A stretch of DNA of 64,000 nucleotides from positions 32,054,001-32,118,000 of the forward strand of contig NC_043007.1 of assembly GCF_006345805.1 (NCBI RefSeq), given 5' to 3'. How positions within the stretch are numbered: position 1 is the stretch's first letter; the number at the start of each line of letters is the position of its first letter. Below the pieces are notes generated by a model, which saw only the letters and a program-made list of their open reading frames with translations, did no database searches and was not told the DNA's origin. This stretch comes from Octopus sinensis (taxonomy: Eukaryota). The translations under genes were made by a program, and so were the position numbers. Positions 25,867 through 35,584 of the stretch are shown here, piece by piece.

Positions 25867-26335
25867 TGAACCCTTTCGTTACCAACCCTGCTGAAACCAG
25901 CTCTGACTCTGAGTACAAATGTCTTGTTTTCATGAGTTTTGAATTAAAATTTTCCACCAAACCTTAGTCACGATTTATGTTCCTAACACTAGCTTAATGA
26001 TAACTAAGTCATTTTACTAAATTCTTTGTTGTATTTAGAGTAATTGAAAGAAACACAGAGCATCTCAACAGAAGTACGGTGACAAAAGGGTTAACAAATG
26101 ATTAATTTAACTCTTTTGTTACCAACCTGGTTGGAACAGGCTCTGGCTCTGAGTACAAATGTCTTGTTTTCATAAGTTTTGAATTAAAATCTTCCACTAA
26201 ACCTTAGTCACAATTTATGTTTGTAACACTAGCTTAATGATAATTAAGTCATTTTACTAAATTCTTTGTTATATTTAAAATTAATTGAAAGAAACACAGA
26301 ACATCTCAAAATAAATACGCTAACGAAAGGGTTAA
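25867..26335. mobile_element. Tandem pair of TTAA-flanked (piggyBac-type) MITEs, family 1 (25867-26094 and 26107-26335)
   Basis: Termini (T)TAACCCTTTCGTTACC ... GGTAACGAAAGGGTTAA; about 228 bp each with a 12-bp spacer. Confidence 0.85.
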
Positions 26336-26700
26336 GGAAACATAAAATGTGTTATGGCAAAATTGAAAGGAAGCAGAGCTGTAAAAGCAAGGATTTCATC
26401 TGGAAAGGGATAAGACAAACCAAATTTGAAAACAGGAGAAATGCCATCAATGACGAATGTCCCATAGGAAGAAAAGGACTTAAGTAAGCAGCAGAGTATA
26501 AAGACAGAAGTAATAATAATTGGTGATGAACTGGGTGTGAGGAAAAAAAACACAAACACAATGTTATTGGTTTCGAATTTTTGCACAAGGTCAGCAATTT
26601 CGGGGGAGGGGGTAAATCATTTACATTGACCATAGTACTCAACTGGTACTTATTTTATCAACCCTAAAAGGGTTCTATATTTGAGAGATGGGGAATTATG

Positions 26701-26814
26701 TACATTATTTACGTTATTTACATTTGACAGATATCTGTTCTCATCTTGTTTGATGTTGACACCAAACAAGATGAGGACAAATATCCATCAAATGTAAATA
26801 ATGTAAACAATGTA
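26701..26814. repeat. 52-bp-arm inverted repeat with a 10-nt loop
   Basis: TTATTTACATTTGACAGATATCTGTTCTCATCTTGTTTG / CAAACAAGATGAGGACAAATATCCATCAAATGTAAATAA; the same sequence family as 29765-29815 and 58760-58810. Confidence 0.85.
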
Positions 26815-27375
26815 AATAATGAACCATAAAAAGATTCAGGGTAAAGTTGACCTTTGTGATATTTAAATTCAGAATGCAAAGACAGACAAAATGTTGTGAA
26901 GGGTTTTGCCCAGCGTGCTAACATTTCTGCCATCTCACCATCATCTTAAGTACAGAATATCATTGAAAGACACTTTTAATTGAGTAACGCCATAAACACA
27001 TCACATGTGCTGGGCAATCATCTCTCCATACTTTAAAAGACTTCTACAACAAAGAATAAGAACAACATTAAAATAACACAATAGTGAACAATCAATAAAA
27101 ATAAATGTGACAAAGTGAATCAGTTGTATTGCAAATACCTTCTTCCTTCTCTCACAGGAAAAACAATACTGTTCGTTTTCTAGGTTTTTGGTTTTATGTT
27201 TTCGTTTCTCATTGTGTTCAACGTTTCTTTGATGTCCTGTACCCATATATGCATGTATATATACATATAGATGTAGGTATGGACATATATGTATGTATAT
27301 ATGCATATATTTGTATATTATTTATATTATTATGTGATCGAACGCCATACATTCTTTTCCACGTAAGTTTTATCT

Positions 27376-27910
27376 ACATACATACATACATGCATGCATG
27401 CATACATACATTCATACATACATACATACATGCATACATGCATGCATACACACATATATACATACATACATACATACATATATACATTTATATATACAAG
27501 CATGCATACATACATACATACATACATACATACATACATACATACATACACACATTCATACATACACACATTCATACATACATTCATACATGCATACATA
27601 CATACATACACACACACACATACATACATACACACACACATACATACATACATACATACATACATACATACATACATACATACATACACACACACATACA
27701 TATATACATACATACATACATACATACATACATACATACATACATACATACATACATACATACACACACACACATACATACATACACACATACATGCATA
27801 CATACATACACACACACATACATATATACATACATACATACATACACACACACACATACATATACATACATACACACACACATACATACACACACACATA
27901 CATACATAGA
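27376..27910. repeat. (TACA)n/(CA)n microsatellite, about 530 bp
   Basis: Directly visible. Confidence 0.95.
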
Positions 27911-28650
27911 TGCACGAAATATAAGTAAGGTTCAGGAGTCGTTAGAAACAGCTGTAATGGATTGACACCTGTATCTCTGCTTTTTCTCATTTATACATGT
28001 ACACACACATACATATTTGTATATGTACACACATATGATAACCTTGTAGTGTGTGTGTGTGTATGTGTGTGTGTGTGTTTTGCCAATATATGTCCCAGTG
28101 AAGAATAGAAAAGCTCAGCAAGACACCTTTTGAAAAAAATCAAGTCACAGACACTTCTGCGTTACCTTCACTAACAAACATTCTGTTAATGAATGACTGG
28201 CCCACAGGAAACCCCATAACAAACCCCACATTACTGTTCACAAATTGTGATATAATATTATAACACTAAATACATACCATCATTAATTAATACTCTAAAA
28301 CATTTCTGCCAATATAAAGTGACTAAATAATATTTCTTGATTTTTTTTTTTAATGGGTTTTTTTTTACTAATTTATTTTCGACTTCTAAAACAGGTTAAC
28401 AGTGATCTGCTCCCTTCCACTACACCTTTGCCCTGGAGGAAAACGAGTTGTAATTAAAAAGAACCATAGACAAATAAGAGTGGAGTTCAAGTTAATATTT
28501 ACCCTTGACATTTTGTTTTTGCTAGAGACATTGATCTTCTTACTCTCATTAAAACACACATAATACAGCTAATCTGCATGATAATCTAATCAATGCCAAC
28601 ACTTTATCGTCACGACTGACTTCATACAGCTTTAGAGGGAAACATCAGGT

Positions 28651-28694
<44 letters not shown>

Positions 28695-28705
<11 letters not shown>

Positions 28706-29190
28706 AAATCCGTTCTCTATCTGTCTGTGTGTCTTCTAGGATCTCGGGCATCCTCCATCCGATTGCGCTCAAATTTGATATGTAGATACCAACGGTATCA
28801 GGACTCTTTACTCTTTTACTCTTTTACTTGTTTCAGTCATTTGACTGTGGCTATGCTGGAGCACCGCCTTTAATCAAGCAACTCGACCCCGGGACTTATT
28901 CTTTTGTAAGCCCAGTACTTATTCTGTCGGTCTCTTTTGCCGAACCGCTAGGTAACAGGGACATAAACACACCAGCATCGGTTATCATGCAATGCTAGGG
29001 GGACAAACACAGACACACAAACACACACACGCATATATATATACATATATACGACGTGTATAAGTCTTGAAAAAATTACAAAAATCAATTCCAGGTGAGA
29101 ATGCGATCGATAAAGCCGTGGGAACGTGCATTTGTACGCACAAGTACATCATCTGTTGCGATCGATACTACGCGTACGTCAGAAAAATGC
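28695..29190. mobile_element. Helitron/HINE-like element interrupted by a SINE 3' half (28802-29056)
   Basis: Starts TATATAAAATCC...TGTCTGTGTGTC like the HINE-type termini; the SINE tail segment splits GGTATCAGG and GTGTATAAGTC. Confidence 0.45.
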
Positions 29191-29811
29191 ATGTTTGTCA
29201 CCCCCACTCCCACCCTGCTTGTCAACCGGTGCTGGTTTGTTTACATCCCAACAACTAAGCAGTTCAGCAAAAGAGAACCTGACTGAATAAGTATCAAAAA
29301 AACCATAATTACTGGAATTGCTTTGTTTGAGTAAAAGTGGCCCTGTCTGGAGCATTCTAGAAACTTAATAAAGCAGATTTTATGGTTGTGATTTTTCTCT
29401 GCTGTTTTTCCTGTGATATTATATTATTGTATAAGCTTCAGGTGACTGAGGACTGGTGACAGGAGCCATGGTTATCAAACCATTCTGTTATTTAGGTCAA
29501 TGTCTCACTCACAATCTTGCCATGAGTCACTTTGGCTTCCACATTATCAGAAATCATAAAAATAAGATCAATCTCTTACTCTTCTTTCACACTCTTGTCA
29601 ACTTACTCACCGACACACTCCCCCCCCAATCCTATCTTTTATACCAGTGCTACTCAAAGGCATGCTCCACTGACTGGTGCAAGTCCGCGAGCCATCAGCC
29701 GCTGGTACGCGGCAAGTTTTCAGAAGAGAAAGAAGCATTATAAAATGCTTATAAAATGCTTATGTAATTGTTTACATTTGATGGTTATTTCTCCTCATCT
29801 TGTTTGTTGTT

Positions 29812-29857
29812 AACACAACATTTTGGCTGATATACCCTCCAGCCTTCATCAGGTGTC
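29812..29857 (-). ncRNA. Degenerate minimal type I hammerhead ribozyme motif in a Penelope-type repeat
   Basis: Minus strand: GACAC CTGATGA A GGCTG-gagggtatat-CAGCC AAAAT GTT GTGTT. CUGAUGA is intact; GAAAC is changed to AAAAT by two CpG transitions. Confidence 0.55.
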
Positions 29858-29904
29858 TTGGGGAAATTTCGAACCTGGGTTCTCATTCCTGAGGTATTTT
29901 TCAA

Positions 29905-30155
29905 TGTTGTTGTTATTATTATTATTATTATTTATTATTATTATCACTATTATTATCATTATCATTGTCATCATCATCATCGTCATCATCATCGTCATCA
30001 TCATCATCGTCATCATCATCATCATCATCGTCATCATTGGCGGCGTCATCATCATCATCATCGTAGTCATCATCATCATCGTCGTCATTGTCATCGTCGT
30101 CATCGTTGTCATCATCATCATTGTCATCATCATCATCGTCATTGTCATCATTGTT
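29905..30155. repeat. (TTA)/(ATC)/(GTC) triplet repeat tract
   Basis: Directly visible. Confidence 0.95.
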
Positions 30156-30352
30156 GTCAGGCCTTATTTGAACTTCAGGGCATGTGATCTACCTATGTGC
30201 CAAAAATCATTAAAATTGGTTGGACAGTGTGGGAGGAGTTAGAGTAACCCCCCAAACAGACTCACAGACAGACACCATTACATATTTATGTTTATAGATG
30301 ACTTTGACAAAGACACATTTCATAGGGGAAAGAAAGAATGCAATATTAAATA

Positions 30353-30933
30353 TTAACCTTTCCGTCACCAATCTGGCTGAAACTGGCTCTGGCTCTGTAG
30401 TACAAATGTCTTGTTTTCACAAGTTTTGAATTAAAATCTTCCACCAAACCTTAGTCACAATTTATGTTCCTAACACTAGCTGAATAATAAGTAAGCTATT
30501 TTACTAAATTCTTTGTTATATTTGAAGTAATTGAAAGGAAACACAGAGCATCTCAAAATAAATAAGAAAGAGTTTTTTATTATTTTGTTTAACCCTTTCA
30601 ATACCAACCCAGCTGAAACTGCCTCTGGTTCTGCAGTCTTGTTTTCACAAGTTTTGAATTAAAAATCTTCTACAGAATATTTGCTGTAGGCCATCTTTTA
30701 TACCAAGACAAAACAATGTACATGATAACACTTCCAATCAGTTAAGATCAGAAGCCATGAGAGCCACTGCCTGGTACTTCATCAGGGCATTTATTATTAT
30801 TATTATTAGTCACAATTTATATTCCTAACACTAGCTTAACGATAAGTTATTTTACTAAATTTTCGGTTCTATTTAAAATTAATTGAAAGAAACACAGAGC
30901 ATCTCAAAATAAATACAGTAACGAAAGAGTTAA
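30353..30933. mobile_element. Second tandem pair of family-1 TTAA MITEs (30353-30574 and 30589-30933), the second carrying a retroelement-tail insertion (about 30672-30808)
   Basis: Same termini and interior as 25867-26335; the insert ends in (ATT)n. Confidence 0.8.
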
Positions 30934-31472
30934 TATATCTTGTACTAAAGCAAATTTAAACACAGCATTTGGCATTGCTAAAAGACAGTCAACCTGTTAC
31001 TACAAGTCAGAACTAATAACCGTGAGAACGTTTACATATGACTGACATTAAATATTATTCATCATTTATTGTTATTTTCCTTTCCATTGCTTCTGACCTG
31101 CTGATATCTCACCTCCTTTACTGGCTGACACTAACATTTATGAGTGGAAGAACAAATAACACCTAGCATAAGGTCAAGTGGAAGATTTCCATTACAGAAT
31201 AACTATGTGCAGGCGTGGCTGTGTGGTTAAGAGGCTGGTTTCTCAACGATGTGATCATGGGTTCAGTCCTGTTGCATGGCACCTTGGGCAAGTGTCTTCT
31301 ACTATAACCCCAGGTTCAAATGCCACCACGATTGACTTTGCCTTTCATTCTTTTGGGGTCAATAAAATAAGTACCAGTTGAATACTGGGGTCAATGTAAT
31401 TGACATACCCACTTCCCTGAAATTGCTGGCCTTGTGCCAAAATTAGAAACTATTATTATTATTATTGTTATT

Positions 31473-31695
31473 AAGATCGTGACCATTGCCAGCCTCCCCT
31501 GGTCCCTGTGCCGGTGGCACGTAAAAAGCACCCACTACACTCACAGAGTAGTTGGCATTAGGAAGGGCATCCAGCTGTAGAAACACTGCCAGATCAGACT
31601 GGAGCCTAGTGCAGCCTCCTGGCTTCCCAGATCTTGGTCGAACTGTCCAACCCATGCCAGCATGGAAAGCGGACGTTAAATGATGATGATGATGC
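31473..31695 (+). mobile_element. RTE LINE 3' UTR fragment
   Basis: Same tail as the other RTE 3' UTR copies. Confidence 0.8.
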
Positions 31696-32079
31696 AACAA
31701 GCTGGCAGAATTATTAACATTCTGGGCAAAATGCTTTTCATCTGTCTTTACATTCTAAGTTTTAATTCTGCCAAGGTTGACTTTGCCTTCCATCTAATTG
31801 GTGCTAATAAAATAAGAACCATTTGAGCACTGAGGGGTGGGGGTGAGGAGCGTCAATGTAATTGACCAACCCCATCCCCAAAATTGCTGGCATTGTGCCC
31901 AAATATGAAATCAATATTCCAGACACCAATCACCGTCCTCTGATTCTATAAACACTTGTGGTTTGTAAAAGCATTTGCCTTAATTTTGTTGACGATGACA
32001 GTAATTTGTTTGTTTCCATTGCAGAATTATAGTGTTCCTTATGGTCTTCCTTACATTGTCTTTTTTTCATTGCAGAATT

Positions 32080-32203
32080 ATGGTCTTCCTTACATTGTTA
32101 GTTACATTCATCTGCATCTTTTATGGAGTACAACTAATCCGACTCCTCGCCTCTGACTGTGATCTTGTTCTCCAATGGAAACTGAAATTCGGAAACACAA
32201 TGG
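32080..32203 (+). CDS. DHRS7: DHRS7 coding exon 1 (MVFLTLLVTFICIFYGVQLIRLLASDCDLVLQWKLKFGNTM)
   Basis: Acceptor TTTTTTTCATTGCAG ends at 32075, ATG at 32080, donor GTAAGT at 32204 (phase 1). VQLIRLLASDCDLVLQW resembles VQLLRFLRADGDLTLLW of human DHRS7. Confidence 0.88.
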
Positions 32204-35200
32204 GTAAGTTCCAAGCAAAACTGGTGGCAGTGGCATGTAATATTTTGTCCATAGATTTGTGTCAAACACAGCCATGGCTGTGTGGAGACCTGTTGAACTG
32301 AGTGAGATCATAGTTGTAGCCAATGCTAGTGGTACCTGACTGGCAATTAAGAAGCATCGTTTGAGTGTTGGGCCTCTTGGAGGCAGTGACAGGTGACCAA
32401 GACCCTTGGTGATGTATTATGTTTGTGTTGACCTGTCAAACCAAGTGGGACCATAGTCATGGCCAATGCTGGTGTCAGGTTAATGGCACTCATGCCAGTA
32501 GCACATAAAAAACACCGACTACACTCTCGGAGTGGTTGGCATTAGGAAGGGCATCCAGCTGTTGAAACCATGGTAGATCAGTATTGGAACCTGGTGCAAC
32601 TCCTTGGCTTACCAGTTTTCAGCATCTAATTGCATTTGAAACATCTGTTATAGAGTTTGCAAATAACAATCAAGGAGACAGACGGCGGTGATGAAGTGTC
32701 TGGGTGGTACCTCAAGTAGCAGGGGTAGTAGTGGCTGGGAAGGGTGGGTGTTTGCAAGAGTGTGTGGGGGAAGAGATAGGGGAAGTAAGAAAGGGAGGTA
32801 GGCAACATTTATAAAGATTTGAGAAGTTTTGAGGGGAAGGGAATGCACGAATGGAGTGGACTCAGAAAAAAAGGTCATTGCCTTTAGGTTATGACTAATC
32901 CAAAAAGTAACGAGTATTTTAAGGAATTCTTCTGAAGAAACAACATCGTTAATGTTTAACCTGTTGGCGTTCAGATTACTCTCTAAAATGTATTGCTTAT
33001 TTATTCACATTCATCATCATCATCATCATCATCGTTTAGCTTTCCCTGCTAGCATGGGTTGGACGATTTGACTGAGGACTGGCGAACCAGATGGCTGCAC
33101 CAGTCTCTAATCTGATCTGGCAGAGTTTCTACAGATGGATGCCCTTCCTAATGTCAACCACTCCAAGAATATAGTGGGTGCTTTTATGTTCCACTGACAT
33201 GAGAGCCAGTCAGGCGGCACTGGCAACAACCTTGCTCGAATGTTTTTTCACGTGCCAGTAAAGCGACACTGGGAATGATCATGCTCGAATGGTGCCTTTT
33301 ACGTGTCACTGGCACAGAAGCCAGTTAGCTGCTCTGGCAACGGTCACGCTCGGATGGTGCTCTTAGCGCTCCACTAACATGGATACCAGTCATCAAATTT
33401 GATTTTGATTTCGATTTCACTTGCCTCAACAGGTCTTTGCAAGCAGAGTTTAGGGTCCAATGAAGGAAAGGTACGCATAAGTGGGCTGGTTACACCCCTG
33501 GCATAGGCCATGAGGTTATGGTCTCACTTGAGCTTGCCAGGTCTTCTTGAGCACAGCATATTTCCAAAGGTCTCGGTCACTAGTCATTGCCTCGGTGAGG
33601 CCTATCATGCATTGTCTCACAGTTATGAGATCAAGATGATGGGATTGTTTAGTTTTACATTGAATTTGTAGAGTAGGTGTGAGTGTCTGGATCTGGTCAG
33701 TTTGAATATAAAACAAGTAGAATATTCGGGCCCAATATGGTCAGTCTAAATGCTAAAAGGTTAAATACACTAATGCATTTGTTTTACTTTTGTTTTTCAG
33801 CGGCGCTGAGTGGTCAAGTGGTGTGGATAACAGGGGCGTCCAGTGGAGTGGGTGAACAATTAGCTTTAGAATTTGCTGCTGCAGGATGTAAGCTGGTGTT
33901 ATCAGCAAGACGTCCGGATGAGTTGGAACGAGTCAAGCATCAATGTATAGGTAAGTGAGGAAATTCAAAAGAAATGGCTTGTTCGCCTGAAATAATATTT
34001 TGTTGTAATTCTTAAATGTAATTATTAATAATTCTTTTGTATTTTTTGTGTTTTTCTGAAAACTTAATCAGGTGTAGGAGTGGCTGTGTGATAAGTAGCT
34101 TGCTTACCAACCACATGGTTCCAGGTTCAGTCCCACTGCGTGGCACATTGGGTAAGTGTCTTCTACTATAGCCTCAGGCCAACCAAAGCCTTGTGAGTGG
34201 TTTGGTAGACACTTGCCCAAGGTGCCATGCAATGGGAATGAACCTGGAACCATGTGGTTGGTAAGCAAGCTACTTACCACACAGCCACTCCTGCGCCTAA
34301 CATAAACACAAGAGAAATACCATTAAGCATTTCACCTGGTGCGCTAACCTTTCTGCCAACTCGCTACCTTTTAGATTACTAAAATATTCAGTACTAGCAG
34401 TATTGCCCGGCATTGCTCGGGTTTGTAAGGGAAATAACTATATAAGCATTTTTAGAGAGTTATAGCCAAAAAATAGCAAAAAAATGCATTAAAAATGGAA
34501 AAAAAATTATGATAAATTTTTTTTTAAATCGTTGACTCATCGTAGACATTTTTAGAGAGTTACTTCCCTTATATAATAGCGAAAAAAATGCATTAAAATG
34601 GAAAAAAATTATGTTAAATTTTTTTTTAAATCGTAGACTCATCGTAGACACGCGCTAATACCCAGAAGGGCTCGATATGAATCACGACTATAAGATACCT
34701 GGTTTTGGTTAAACTGCACCGCAAAATGTAGGAGTAGTTAGGAATCTAAATCGTAGGAGACAGACACACAACTTTATTTTTATATATAAATATTTCTTTT
34801 GAAGTTTTCATATCAAAAGCTTGTCAATGTCTCACGTTTGTTTCTCTAATATTACAGAAAGTGGTCGTCTTTCTCCGGATGATATCTTGATTGTGCCTCT
34901 TGACTTGTTAGATTTCGGAAGCCATCCTCATGCGGTGATGAATGTTTTACAGTATTATTCTCAGGTATAAAAAATTATTGAATATTCTGAAGCAGTGGTT
35001 TTCAACCAAGCTCATGATGGCCCTTGTGGGTTCACATCAGATTTTGTGGTTAAAATTTATTTGCAATGAATTGGTTACATTTCCACAATACACAAAATTT
35101 TCTTTTTGTGCCTTATAATTTAACACACACACCGGTAAAATTTCCATTTATTCCTTATTCTTATTTTCCTAAAATTTTCGTTGCATCTTGCAACCTTTTC

Positions 35201-35543
35201 AATAGTCTTGACTCAAAAGGTTGCAAGATGCGACGAAAATTTTAGGAAAATAAGAATAAGGAATAAATGGAAATTTTACCGGTGTGTGTGTTAAATTATA
35301 AGGCACAAAAAGAAAATGACTCTCCCCTGACACAACAGAATATGCTTCAACACACGAACTCATATAAAGAATCTTGCAAACCAAATCCCAAAACGAAATA
35401 TATATATATATATAAGGGCATCCATCTGTAGAAGCTCTGCCAGATCAGATTGGAACCTGGTGCAACCATCTGGTTCGCCAATCTTCAGTCAAATTGTCTG
35501 ATCCATGCTAGCATGGAACGTGGACGTTAAATGATGATGATGA

Positions 35544-35584
<41 letters not shown>

